A DNA stretch of 64,000 bases from a virus (IMGVR_UViG_3300031519_006853:117664-181663), one strand, 5' to 3'. Shown: positions 17,785-27,933, numbered from the stretch's first letter. Made by a program: numbers and translations. Notes: a model not told the origin generated them from the letters alone.

Positions 17785-19272
17785 ATGTCAAATAGCACAG
17801 TTGAAAGAAATATATTAACAGTTATAGAACCTGCTATTCTATTGGATCCAATGGAAATATTAGATGTAGAGAGTGATAGCCAAAATTCTGATGATGGAAC
17901 TATAAAAGAAAAACCTTCAAAGTTTTCTTCTGTTGTACCAGATATTAGAATAAACGGTTATGATGTTCAGATGGATAGATTAAATTTCTTTTCATTACAG
18001 AATGATTCTTTTTATCCAGAAATTAGAATTCAGTTTTCAGATGTAGATGGTTTATTTACAGCAAGGTTTTATCCTAAAGATGGTGATTTAATACAATTAA
18101 ATATTAGGTCACAAGGTGATGAAACAACATTTAAGCCAATAAGAATTGATTTTACAATAGATGACTGTAAGCCTGTTGGTGGTGGGGGTGGTGTTGCTGC
18201 TAATGAATACTTAATAGAAGGTAAAATGTTTGTTCCTAACTTATTTACTGAAAAGGTAGAATATGAAGAAGAAGTTACAAGCTGGGATGCTTTATTAAAT
18301 ATTTCAGAAAGATTACAATTAGGGTATGCATCAAATGTTGAAGAGACAGCAGATGTAATGACTTGGACTAATCCTAATGATACAACAGAATCATTTATTA
18401 AAGATATTGTTGCAAATAGCTACCTTAGTGACGAAACGTTTTTTACTGCATACATTGATCCTTATTATTATTTAACTATGGTTGATGTTAATAGATTGTT
18501 TAGCCAAGAAGGAGCAATAGAAGCTAGCCTTGATTTTAGTCAAAATGCTGGTGATACTATGGGAGCAAATGGTAATGATGGCCAAACGGAAGAATCATTT
18601 CCTAATTACTTAAGTAATTTAGTTCAGATGCAAGGAGGGGCTAGATATATTTCTAAACACCAAATGGTAAATAATAGTGGAGAAATAACTAAAGCAAACG
18701 GCTATAAAAGATATACTCAGTATTGGGACCTAGAGGCTAAAGAATGGGTTAGTGAATTTGTAGATCCTCTAACTAATGATACACCAGGAATGCTTCCTGC
18801 TACTAAAGGTAGATTAGTAGACGGTGAAGTAGAAGGCCCAAGAAATAACCAAGTTAAATATAAATATTTAGGTACACAAGGAGATAACGTGCATGCGGAA
18901 TATTCACATGCAACAGTTCAAAATTATCAAAATATAACTGAGATTAATAAAATGGGAATGACTATAGAATTAGATACAGTTAATCCTGCTTTAGTAAGAT
19001 ACAGTAGAATTTATTGTCAAATATTAGAATATGGTAGCCCTATTAAAAATGTATTATTAGCTCCAGGGCAAGATCAAATTGAAGGAGAAGAGGCTCCACA
19101 GACTAGATCAGGTGGTGATGATGAAAATGACCCGGCATCAGAAAATGGTGTTGTAAATGAATACTTAACAGGGTTTTATGTTATTGCTGGTGTAGAATGG
19201 ATATTAACAAAACCAGGACCTGTCAGAATGAAATTAAAATTACAGCGCCGAGAGTTTACTCCAACAACCTAA
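17785..19272 (+). CDS. baseplate hub protein (gp27/late control D-like)
   Basis: 495 aa between the LysM and spike genes. C-terminal LTGFYVIAGVEW...MKLKLQRRE is typical of hub proteins. Confidence 0.55.
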   Translation: MSNSTVERNILTVIEPAILLDPMEILDVESDSQNSDDGTIKEKPSKFSSVVPDIRINGYDVQMDRLNFFSLQNDSFYPEIRIQFSDVDGLFTARFYPKDGDLIQLNIRSQGDETTFKPIRIDFTIDDCKPVGGGGGVAANEYLIEGKMFVPNLFTEKVEYEEEVTSWDALLNISERLQLGYASNVEETADVMTWTNPNDTTESFIKDIVANSYLSDETFFTAYIDPYYYLTMVDVNRLFSQEGAIEASLDFSQNAGDTMGANGNDGQTEESFPNYLSNLVQMQGGARYISKHQMVNNSGEITKANGYKRYTQYWDLEAKEWVSEFVDPLTNDTPGMLPATKGRLVDGEVEGPRNNQVKYKYLGTQGDNVHAEYSHATVQNYQNITEINKMGMTIELDTVNPALVRYSRIYCQILEYGSPIKNVLLAPGQDQIEGEEAPQTRSGGDDENDPASENGVVNEYLTGFYVIAGVEWILTKPGPVRMKLKLQRREFTPTT

Positions 19273-19294
19273 ATAAATATAAAAACAAAAGAAT

Positions 19295-20734
19295 ATGGCA
19301 ACTAATGGAAATAATAATCAGGCTAATGAGTTAGGGAATCCCTTTACTGCTGCAGGTATTGGTGGGTCTGCTTTAAGTGGTGGTTCATTTCCAACTGCTT
19401 ATGGTTTTGCTAAGAAATTTGTAGATGCTAAAAGTGTTTATGGAAGTGGTAATAATGGAGTTACATCAATAGATGATCCTACTTATTTAGGTTTTGAATT
19501 AATGTTTGATATATCATCACCATTATTTAATGGTACAAGCTCAGGAGATCCTGGTATAGATGACGGTGGTAGCAGTAGTGATTACCCATCAACACCTTCA
19601 GCTATAGGTTATCTTAATAAGATTGGCCAAGCAAACAGAGTTCAATATTTAAAATCATTCTGCCAAGGGATGTTAGAAATACAAAGAACAAGACCTTATT
19701 ATTTTCAAACAATTTCTGGATTAGTAGAAGCATTTCAAAAATCTACTGATTTTGCAATAGACCCTTTTACTGGAAGTACCGGAGCAGATGGTATTGCTGT
19801 TGGTTGTTTAGAAGCTTTAGATTTAAAGATAACTGCTTTATTTAATATGTATAGAATGGCAGTGTATGACATGAGATACAAAAGATTTGTTGTACCTAAG
19901 AATTTGTGCAGGTTTGATATTTATATTAATGTACATGAAATAAGAAAATTTAGAGCTACAGTAGCGGCAAGCGGTGCAGATGCTAAAACTTATGGTAATG
20001 TACCAGAGGCAGGTAATACAAATTCTGCCGGAGCCGATACTGCCTCAGTTACTAATGAAAATACTTCTCAGATTAGATTTAAGTTTACTGAGTGTATGTT
20101 TGATGTTGCTGCTAGTGGTAAAGTTTTTGATGGTGTTACAAACAGTGGTGGTGAAATTGCTACTACTGAATTAAAGTTTGGTTATAGTACATTAGAATTA
20201 ATATCTCAATATTCTGGATTTGCAAGTGCAATGGAAGAAGATAAACAGCAGACTTCTAGTTCTCCTGGTATGGATAATAAGCAAAAAAGTTTCCTTAAAA
20301 GTAAATTAGATGAAGTTGCAAATAAAGCTGCTGCTGTAGGTGATACTGCATTAGCTAATCTTAAAGCAGCACCAGGTAGAGTTTTGGATGCAGCACAAGC
20401 AAGAATAGGTGGTTTAATTGATAGCGCAGTATTAGGGAATGTTTTTGGTTTGCAAAATCAAATATTAGGTGCACTAACTAACCCAGGTGTAATTAATGCT
20501 GCACTAGGCGCAGCTATACAAGGAGGACTAGGTGGTGCAGGTGGATCTATATCAACTAATTTAGGTGATGCTGCATTTGACCCAGCAGTAGCTCCAGGTA
20601 ATTCATTAACAGGAAATCAACAAGTGTTTGATCCATCGACAAATACACTCGGTGGCTTAGGCGCGTCAAACGTATTTGGTCCATCAGGGCCTTCAAATAA
20701 TTCTGCGTTAAATTCTGAAAACATATTTGATTAA
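19295..20734 (+). CDS. putative tail-tube-initiator / baseplate protein
   Basis: 479 aa with DDPTYLGF and IRFKFTECMF tube-fold-like strands and a Gly/Ala-rich C-terminus. Call rests mainly on position in the baseplate module. Confidence 0.45.
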   Translation: MATNGNNNQANELGNPFTAAGIGGSALSGGSFPTAYGFAKKFVDAKSVYGSGNNGVTSIDDPTYLGFELMFDISSPLFNGTSSGDPGIDDGGSSSDYPSTPSAIGYLNKIGQANRVQYLKSFCQGMLEIQRTRPYYFQTISGLVEAFQKSTDFAIDPFTGSTGADGIAVGCLEALDLKITALFNMYRMAVYDMRYKRFVVPKNLCRFDIYINVHEIRKFRATVAASGADAKTYGNVPEAGNTNSAGADTASVTNENTSQIRFKFTECMFDVAASGKVFDGVTNSGGEIATTELKFGYSTLELISQYSGFASAMEEDKQQTSSSPGMDNKQKSFLKSKLDEVANKAAAVGDTALANLKAAPGRVLDAAQARIGGLIDSAVLGNVFGLQNQILGALTNPGVINAALGAAIQGGLGGAGGSISTNLGDAAFDPAVAPGNSLTGNQQVFDPSTNTLGGLGASNVFGPSGPSNNSALNSENIFD

Positions 20735-21600
20735 TGGCAAAGGTAGATCCAACAAATTTTAATGCAGATGATTTAAGAACTACTCAGTGGGTAGGTATTG
20801 TCGAAGATACTGTAGATGATATCTTTGAAGGGAGATGTAAGATTAGAGTATATGGAAAAATGAATGATCGTGTAGATCCTGAAGATCCTGAAAGTGCGTA
20901 TGTAATTCCTACACTTTCATTGCCATGGGCTAGGCCTCATCAATTAATGTATGGTGGTAGTGCAACAGGTAGTGGCAAATTTGAAATCCCTAAACTAGGA
21001 TCTATTGTTAGGGTTACATTTGATAATGGAAATCAATACCAACCAGTTTATCATGAAAACATTTATCCTTCAGATGAAACAAAAGGAGAGATAGAAGCAT
21101 CATACCAAAATTCACATGTATTAATATATGATACTGCATTCGGTTTAACTGGTGAGTTACAGGATGGCGTTTCTGAGGTAACAAATGAAAGAGAAGGTGA
21201 ACATGTTAAAGTTTTCTTTACTGAGGAAAAAGGTTTAATGATGGATTATACAACAACAGAAGGTCCAACTACAGTTAATATAAAACCAGATAATTCAGTT
21301 GAAATAATAAATGCAAACGGGGATACTGTTGTAATGCTTAACGATGGAAATATAACATTTACTCATTCTGCAGATGTTAACATAAATTGTGTTAATGCAA
21401 CGATTACAGCTAGTGGTGAAACTCATATAAATTCGCCAAGAATCAAATTAGGAGAAGCTGCTGCTGAGGCTGTTATTAAAGGAGATACTTTTGCAGGAAT
21501 ATTTGATGCACATACTCATGTTGGTAATTTAGGTGCTCCCACTAGTCCACCTATGTCTGTTACTGCACCTTCACTAAGTGCAAAGAATACAACTGACTAA
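20734..21600 (+). CDS. baseplate central spike (gp5 OB-fold / gpV-like)
   Basis: GIVED..D....GRCKIRV...LPWA.P...G...F.IPKLGS.V.V.F.NG....P OB fold, beta-repeat body and C-terminal DAHTH metal-binding tip. Confidence 0.85.
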   Translation: MAKVDPTNFNADDLRTTQWVGIVEDTVDDIFEGRCKIRVYGKMNDRVDPEDPESAYVIPTLSLPWARPHQLMYGGSATGSGKFEIPKLGSIVRVTFDNGNQYQPVYHENIYPSDETKGEIEASYQNSHVLIYDTAFGLTGELQDGVSEVTNEREGEHVKVFFTEEKGLMMDYTTTEGPTTVNIKPDNSVEIINANGDTVVMLNDGNITFTHSADVNINCVNATITASGETHINSPRIKLGEAAAEAVIKGDTFAGIFDAHTHVGNLGAPTSPPMSVTAPSLSAKNTTD

Positions 21601-21630
21601 TATATAAACTATAAATTAATATTTTAAAAG

Positions 21631-21927
21631 ATGCCATTAATTCCACCTATTTTAAACACTGCATTAACTAGCGCGTTCTCCGCTGCTATGTATGACTTTA
21701 TTACTGTATCAGCACAACCTGGTACTAATGATGGTGTTGATAAATCGGCTTTGGCTATTTCAACTGCATCCGCAACCTTTGCAAGTATTGCTGGGCCAGC
21801 TATAGATGCTTACATAAGATCACAACTTATAATTTTACCACCAGGACAGGCCGTTGCTACTGCAGGATCACCATCAGCACAAGTTGGAGCAACAACTGCT
21901 CCTTCACCACCAGCTATTATTACATAA
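21631..21927 (+). CDS. small Ala/Pro-rich virion protein downstream of spike
   Basis: 98 aa, preceded by TAATATATAA and following the spike gene. Confidence 0.55.
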   Translation: MPLIPPILNTALTSAFSAAMYDFITVSAQPGTNDGVDKSALAISTASATFASIAGPAIDAYIRSQLIILPPGQAVATAGSPSAQVGATTAPSPPAIIT

Positions 21928-21931
21928 TCTT

Positions 21932-21987
21932 AAACAATCTACATAAGCCTGTGTATAACAATTAAATATGCTAGGTGTAATATATAA
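21932..21987 (+). promoter_or_regulatory. Tandem AAACAA-N16-TATAAC and AATATATAA motifs before the S1 gene
   Basis: AAACAA 21932-21937 and TATAAC 21954-21959, then TAATATATAA at about 21978-21987. Confidence 0.5.
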
Positions 21988-22017
21988 TCTATAATAACCA
22001 CTCTTAAAAATAAAAAA

Positions 22018-23160
22018 ATGACCGAACAAGAAATCACCATTCAATTAAGTGATGATCCATTTGATACAAAGAAAGTAAAAGTCCAAGTACCAGAAGGTAC
22101 AAAGTTAATGTGTAATGAAGCATATGCTGCTGATGCATTATCATTATATGGAATTACAGATTCACAAGCTGCAAAAACTCAACTAATAGAAGATAATATT
22201 GGTTATATAACTAGAGGTTATATTTCTTTTATATCTAAGGATGGCGAAAGGGCTCTTGTTGATATTGAATCCAAATACACTGCTTACTGTAGTCTTACTA
22301 AAGAACCTGATTATATTGTAGAACAATTAGAGGTTGGTATGGAAATTGATGTTAAGATTAAAACTAACAAAAAAACTGGTGATGTTATTGCTTCTATATC
22401 AGATGCAATAAGAGAAGTTAAATTAAAAGAAATTAAAGAAGCTATAGGAAATTCTTCAGTTGGATTTACTGCTAAGGTTAAAGAATTAATACACGGTGGA
22501 TACTGGGTAGACGTTGCAGGTATTAAATGCTTTATGCCAGGTTCTTTAGCAGGATTAAATAAGCTTCATAATTTTGAGGCTATCGTTGGTAAAGATATTG
22601 TGGTTATGCCAATTACATTCTCTAGAGAAAAAGATACAATTGTAGTATCTCATAGAGAATATTTAAGAACAATGATTCCAATTACTATTGATAAATTAAA
22701 TGAAACTATTAAAGAACCTAGAATTGGTTTTGTAACAGGTACTACTAAATTTGGCGTGTTTGCTGAGTTTGACGAATGTTTAACTGGACTAATTCCTAGA
22801 GCTGAATTAAGCGAAGATTTCCAAAAGAAATTAGATGATAGAGATATCAAACCTGGTGATGAAATTGAATTCTGGGCTAAGGAAGTTATATCTGATAGAA
22901 AAATTATATTAAGCCAACTAGGTCCTAAAATTGATTTATGGGATGGTGTAGATGAAAAATATAAACCTATGATGATCACTGAAGGTAAGGTTACAAAAAT
23001 AACTTCATACGGTGCATTTGTTGAATTAGAAAAAGGTATTAGTGGGTTAATACATAAATCTAAATTAAAAGGTGCAGATCTAACTAAAGGAGATACTATA
23101 AATATAAAAATCGGTAGTGTAAATGTTAGTGATCGTAAGATTACAATGAACATAGCATAA
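22018..23160 (+). CDS. rpsA: ribosomal protein bS1 homologue (four S1 domains)
   Basis: D1 (ALVDI..KY..Y...LEVG.EIDV), D2 (GGYWVDV.GI.CFMPGS...VG.....IVVSH), D3 (KFGVFAEF....TGLIP..EL), D4 (SYGAFVELEKGISGLIHKS.L...RKI). Confidence 0.85.
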   Translation: MTEQEITIQLSDDPFDTKKVKVQVPEGTKLMCNEAYAADALSLYGITDSQAAKTQLIEDNIGYITRGYISFISKDGERALVDIESKYTAYCSLTKEPDYIVEQLEVGMEIDVKIKTNKKTGDVIASISDAIREVKLKEIKEAIGNSSVGFTAKVKELIHGGYWVDVAGIKCFMPGSLAGLNKLHNFEAIVGKDIVVMPITFSREKDTIVVSHREYLRTMIPITIDKLNETIKEPRIGFVTGTTKFGVFAEFDECLTGLIPRAELSEDFQKKLDDRDIKPGDEIEFWAKEVISDRKIILSQLGPKIDLWDGVDEKYKPMMITEGKVTKITSYGAFVELEKGISGLIHKSKLKGADLTKGDTINIKIGSVNVSDRKITMNIA

Positions 23161-23164
23161 CATA

Positions 23165-23203
23165 TTCCTGGTTTGAATATATAAACAAATCAGGAACTAC
23201 ATG
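23165..23203 (+). promoter_or_regulatory. Late-promoter motif in the loop of an 11-bp hairpin before the amidoligase start
   Basis: TTCCTGGTTTG (23165-23175) / CAAATCAGGAA (23186-23196), one G-U pair, loop AATATATAAA, ATG at 23201. Confidence 0.7.
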
Positions 23204-24493
23204 TATACTAACGAACAGCTAAATGCCATATACTCATCCAAGATTGGATTAGAATTTGAATTCTTTGCAAATGAAGCATTAGACGAAGTAAAATATAACT
23301 TATCTAATGCATTAAATAAGCAAATTAAAATTGAAGAAAAGGCTCATAGTGAATTTACACCTACAGATGAAATATTTAAATTAGAGCCTGACAACTCTGG
23401 TGGAACTGGGATGATTGAATTAGTTACAGGACCAATGCCATTTGTTGAATCAAAACTTATCATAGCTAAAACTTTAAAATGGATTCGTGAAAATGGATCT
23501 ACTAATGAGAGATGCAGTATTCATATTAATGTTGCATTTGATGGAAAGAAACTTGGTACACCTACAAATGTGTCTTCTTTAGATATTGGTAAATTTGTAC
23601 TTAACTTTAATGAAGATGCTGTATATGAAGCATTTCCAAATAGAAAAGATTCTGTTTACGCTAAATCTATTAAATTTATTGTACCATTGAGTGGTATGAC
23701 TCAACCTTCCCCAGCAACTATTTCATGGAGAAATTATATGTTTGTTTCTGAAAAATATTATGGTGTAAACTTTTCTAAGATACCTAAAAATTATATAGAA
23801 TTTAGATATTTAGGTGGAAAGGATTATGAAAAGAAGTATAACACAATTATGAATATGACAGAACATTTTGTATTGTCATTATATGATTCTTTAGTAAATC
23901 CAAAATATAACCAAAAAGATCTTAAAGTATTAGAAACTATTTTAGAAAAACATAGTGGTGTAGTAGACTCATATAAAGACTATCAAACATTTAAAAAGAA
24001 ATTTCCTAAAATACATTTAATGGTAGATCTAAAAACAGCCGATCAAATAGTAGAAACATTTTATCCTAAAATGAGAGAAAAGATATTTGAACTTTTAACT
24101 AAAGCTGGATTAAAAGAAGGTTTAATTAATTATGATGCTGATAGTGGCAGGATGCAACTTAAGAATGCCGAGTTAATGAAATGTTTTGAAATAAAAGGTA
24201 TAGATATTGTTGATAGTAAAGTACAAGGTAACATTTTAAACTGTGATATATTTAGTTCTGAATTAATTAACTCTTCATTATTTGAAAGTAATATTTTTGG
24301 TGCAACTGATGTTAGTGATTCTAAAATAGAGGATTCTTATGTAAGTAAAAATGTAATGTGTAAAGATTCATATGTATTTGGCGTAAGAGGAATATTCAGT
24401 GGTGAAATGGAAGGTGGCATTTTTAGAAAAGGTAGAGCTACAGAAATGGCGAGATTTGAAAATACCGAAATAATTGAAATAGAAAAAATATAA
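23201..24493 (+). CDS. putative amidoligase (COOH-NH2 ligase type 2, glutamate-cysteine ligase fold) with C-terminal beta-helix-like repeats
   Basis: IGLEFEF, EPDNSG, IELVTGP, CSIHINV, KYYGVN and IEFRYLGG motifs. The C-terminus has repetitive I.DS.I segments. Confidence 0.75.
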   Translation: MYTNEQLNAIYSSKIGLEFEFFANEALDEVKYNLSNALNKQIKIEEKAHSEFTPTDEIFKLEPDNSGGTGMIELVTGPMPFVESKLIIAKTLKWIRENGSTNERCSIHINVAFDGKKLGTPTNVSSLDIGKFVLNFNEDAVYEAFPNRKDSVYAKSIKFIVPLSGMTQPSPATISWRNYMFVSEKYYGVNFSKIPKNYIEFRYLGGKDYEKKYNTIMNMTEHFVLSLYDSLVNPKYNQKDLKVLETILEKHSGVVDSYKDYQTFKKKFPKIHLMVDLKTADQIVETFYPKMREKIFELLTKAGLKEGLINYDADSGRMQLKNAELMKCFEIKGIDIVDSKVQGNILNCDIFSSELINSSLFESNIFGATDVSDSKIEDSYVSKNVMCKDSYVFGVRGIFSGEMEGGIFRKGRATEMARFENTEIIEIEKI

Positions 24494-24499
24494 AATAAG

Positions 24500-25363
24500 A
24501 TGGCTAATAAGAATACTTATTGTAATGATCCTGATGAAGCTGCATGCTTAGATGCATTAATAAAATTAATTAATGATGATCTTACTATTGCATGCCAAAT
24601 ACCGTTTACTGTTCCTAAGAAAGAATTAAACAATATTATACAAAGAGCAAAGCAATATTTTTACAAGATATACGAAGATAGTGTAGAGCAAATGTATATT
24701 GCTTTACCAGCAGGTGCTGTAAATAAAGCTGATTTTAAACAAGGAGTTCCTTATGGTACTGGTGCAGCTAATGAAACTATAACTAATAAAAAAAATCTTG
24801 CTAACCCAAGAGGTATAGTTCAAATGCCTTCCAGAGTTTATTCAGTAAATGATGTATTTGAAATTGGTGGATTTAGTGGAGAAGATGGTGGTTTTGGTAG
24901 TACTAGTTTTAATGCAGGAGATGTAGATTTTTCAATTGATAAATTTATTTATGATGATGTTTATGGTGCTGGTATTGGGAGTGAAAATTTAATGTATTAT
25001 GTAGTTAATTCATTATTTATGGATAATGCAAGACAAGTTCTTTTACCACAAATATCATATACTTTTAATAGATTAACTAAAAAGTTTAGATTCCAAGGGC
25101 AGTTACCAAGAAATGCAGTTATATTTGAAATATTTTCTACTATTCCTGATTGTGCGTTATTTGAAGATGAGGCCTTTCAACGATATGTTATGGGAATGGC
25201 TAAAATACAATTATCTAGAATATTAGGAACCTTTTCATTCAATCTGCCAGGTAATATTACTATTAACTATGATATGATTTCATCTGAAGGTAGAGAAGAA
25301 GTAGACAGAGTAGTTGAAGAAATTAAAAACGATGAAGGCGTTGATTACTTTTTCACAGGATAA
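24500..25363 (+). CDS. neck protein (T4 gp13-like)
   Basis: ELNNIIQRAKQYF at the N-terminus. C-terminal RYV...AKIQL..ILGTF...LPGNITINYD.I..EG.EE is characteristic of gp13-like neck proteins. Confidence 0.75.
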   Translation: MANKNTYCNDPDEAACLDALIKLINDDLTIACQIPFTVPKKELNNIIQRAKQYFYKIYEDSVEQMYIALPAGAVNKADFKQGVPYGTGAANETITNKKNLANPRGIVQMPSRVYSVNDVFEIGGFSGEDGGFGSTSFNAGDVDFSIDKFIYDDVYGAGIGSENLMYYVVNSLFMDNARQVLLPQISYTFNRLTKKFRFQGQLPRNAVIFEIFSTIPDCALFEDEAFQRYVMGMAKIQLSRILGTFSFNLPGNITINYDMISSEGREEVDRVVEEIKNDEGVDYFFTG

Positions 25364-25423
25364 TTATAATCTGAAAGCTATTAAAGTAAAAGAGAATATA
25401 TAATAAAAAATTAGTGTTCTTCA

Positions 25424-25786
25424 ATGATCAGAGATATTTATAGTAGAGATGCATTAGCACCAAAGTATAACGACAATACTTTAGAGGTTAGCGATTCATT
25501 ATCTCAGTTAATTATTAAGATAGAAAATTGTCTATTTACAACCAAAGGCGATGTTTTAGGAGCACCTGGTTTAGGTGCTAATTTAGATGAATTAATATTT
25601 TCATTAGTCTTAAACGAGAATACTATACAGAATAATATTAATAGTCAAATAACTGCATACTGTTTACCAAACTTTGCAGGTTTTGATGTAGATACAAAAG
25701 TTAGCTTTTTTTCTACAGAAGATCGTGACGGGTGTTTGGTTGATATTTTTGTAAATGAACAAAGAGTCATAGGCGCTCTTTTTTAA
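25424..25786 (+). CDS. baseplate wedge protein (gp25-like)
   Basis: 120 aa with IENCLFTTKGDVLGAPGLGANL (gp25 T..GE....P.FG..L motif). Confidence 0.8.
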   Translation: MIRDIYSRDALAPKYNDNTLEVSDSLSQLIIKIENCLFTTKGDVLGAPGLGANLDELIFSLVLNENTIQNNINSQITAYCLPNFAGFDVDTKVSFFSTEDRDGCLVDIFVNEQRVIGALF

Positions 25787-25799
25787 AATAATAAAGTAA

Positions 25800-27656
25800 A
25801 TGTCATTTTTTAGTAAAACAAGATTAAAAGCTACAGAGTTATTTGAAGATTCATTTCAATATCTCCAGCGTACTTATGATCAAGCCGTAGAGGTATTTAC
25901 TCCCGCGTCACCGTTTGGACAAGTCTTAACTGTAGTTTCTAATTTAGGTGAAATGATTTTCTTTTATATAGAGGCAGTAGCTACTGAAATGAATATTTCT
26001 CGAGCAAGAAACATTGAGTCTATATATGGATTATCTAGATTAACTGGTCATGACCCTACGCGAGGTATATCTGCAAGAGGTATTATTGGATTACGATTAA
26101 ACACAAGTGCATCTAGCCTTCTTAATGGTGATTACGTTCAGATTATGAATGGTGCCAGTTTTGAAGTAGGACAAAATGGATTAACTTATTACTTAAGATT
26201 TAATAGTGATTTTATAAGATTAGATAAAACTAATAAACAATTTGTTAATGTTGAAGTAATACAAGGTGAAAAGGATGAACAGTCATTTACTGGTTCAGGT
26301 AACCCTTTACAAAGCTTTAACTTAAGCACTAAAGAACCTACTGATCAATATTTAGTTGAAGTTTATGTTGATGGTGAATTATGGAAAATAGAAGATTCAT
26401 TATATGATATGAATAACGGAGAAAAATCTGTTATGGTAAAAACTAGTGTAAACGGTGGTTTAAGTATATTCTTTGGTAATAATCAATTCGGATTACCTCC
26501 TGCTTTAGGTTCTCGTATTAGAGTTACTTATGTAAAGACTAGAGGTGTTGCTGGAAATATTGGTGGTAAGGCATTAGACATAAAATTTTCAACTCCTGGA
26601 ACTGATTCGTCTGGCGAGGAAGCTGATTTAAATGAAATCTTATCTATAAACATTACTAGAAATCCAATGTTTGGTTCTGATTCTGAAGATCCAACATTTA
26701 CCAGATTAATTGCACCATACCAAAGTAATTCTTTTGTTTTAGCAAATCCTAATAATTATATTTACTATTTAAGTAAGTATGACTTTTGGTCTTTTATAGA
26801 TGCTTATAATACAAAGAATGATGAATACTTAGATGATGATAATATTATTTACTTATTCTTAATACCAGATGTAAAGAAAAAATTAACCAGTGACTTAGAT
26901 TATTTTAGTGTACCTGAGGTTGAATTTACAATGACTACACAGGAAAAAGAGATGACCTATGAAATATTAAACAAAAGCGGAAGACAAGTTGTTACTGCTG
27001 AAACTCGAATTGTAGATCCTACTATTAAAAGGTATGCATTAAATGTTGTAATAAGATGGTTTGATAATTATGATAAAGATGCTATAAGAATAGAAATAAG
27101 AAAAAACTTAGATCAATATTTTTTAAATGTAAATAGAAGAGATAGAATTCCAAGATCAGATATTATTTCAATAATTGAAAATGTTGACGGCATTGATTCT
27201 GTAAATGTATTCTTTATATCAGAAGCAAACGAACAAGCTATTAGAAATGGTTTTTATTTTGTACCTGTGTACGGTACAGATCCTGTCACAGATCAACGCG
27301 TATTAATAGAAAACACCAAAATAGTTTTAAAAGAAGGCGAAGATCCTCAAATAGGTTTGGATAGTTTTGGAGATGTAATTATTGAAAATAATGATATAGC
27401 AATTATTAGAGGTGGATGGAAAGATAGAAATGGAACATACTATGAACCTATACCAGAAGCTAATAAAATTGGTTCTCTTAATGTATTCTATAAAGAAGGT
27501 ATTGCAAATAATCTTTATAATAAAATACAACAAGAAAAATATAATAAAGTTCAAAGAAGCAGAGGTACTACAATTGCAACAGGTGCTAATTCAGCTGGAT
27601 TAAATACCGGTAGATTGCAAAATAGCCCTACACTTAAAGCATTAAAAGGAGAATAA
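25800..27656 (+). CDS. baseplate wedge subunit (gp6/baseplate J-like)
   Basis: 618 aa with ARNIESIYGLSRLTG, FGNNQFG..P..GS.I.V.Y..T.G..GN and gp6-like organisation. Confidence 0.8.
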   Translation: MSFFSKTRLKATELFEDSFQYLQRTYDQAVEVFTPASPFGQVLTVVSNLGEMIFFYIEAVATEMNISRARNIESIYGLSRLTGHDPTRGISARGIIGLRLNTSASSLLNGDYVQIMNGASFEVGQNGLTYYLRFNSDFIRLDKTNKQFVNVEVIQGEKDEQSFTGSGNPLQSFNLSTKEPTDQYLVEVYVDGELWKIEDSLYDMNNGEKSVMVKTSVNGGLSIFFGNNQFGLPPALGSRIRVTYVKTRGVAGNIGGKALDIKFSTPGTDSSGEEADLNEILSINITRNPMFGSDSEDPTFTRLIAPYQSNSFVLANPNNYIYYLSKYDFWSFIDAYNTKNDEYLDDDNIIYLFLIPDVKKKLTSDLDYFSVPEVEFTMTTQEKEMTYEILNKSGRQVVTAETRIVDPTIKRYALNVVIRWFDNYDKDAIRIEIRKNLDQYFLNVNRRDRIPRSDIISIIENVDGIDSVNVFFISEANEQAIRNGFYFVPVYGTDPVTDQRVLIENTKIVLKEGEDPQIGLDSFGDVIIENNDIAIIRGGWKDRNGTYYEPIPEANKIGSLNVFYKEGIANNLYNKIQQEKYNKVQRSRGTTIATGANSAGLNTGRLQNSPTLKALKGE

Positions 27657-27657
27657 T

Positions 27658-27927
27658 ATGGCAACAGTTAAAAATGATAGAACAGGATTTCCTAGCTTGT
27701 ATAGAGCTACCTACGAAGAAGGATGGCAACTAAAAAATACAGGATTTGATTATTCTAAAGGGTTTTTAAGAAACATGATGGGAAAACAAATGTTTAGAAA
27801 TAGACACTTAGCTGAATTCTTAGATGATTATCTTAGTCCTATTATGTTATTTTATATTAATAAAGTAAAGTACTTAAGAATTTATTATAACTTTGCAGTA
27901 CCTAAGTGGTATCAAAAAATAAATTAA
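27658..27927 (+). CDS. small baseplate-associated protein
   Basis: 89 aa between the gp6-like and gp7-like genes. Confidence 0.6.
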   Translation: MATVKNDRTGFPSLYRATYEEGWQLKNTGFDYSKGFLRNMMGKQMFRNRHLAEFLDDYLSPIMLFYINKVKYLRIYYNFAVPKWYQKIN

Positions 27928-27933
27928 TAAAGC

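Noticed and set aside
22650-23153. 167-aa minus-strand ORF antisense to the S1 gene
   Set aside because: It is fully overlapped by a clearly conserved gene, and its hydrophobic I/L/F/S composition is typical of antisense frames of AT-rich Lys/Glu-rich genes.
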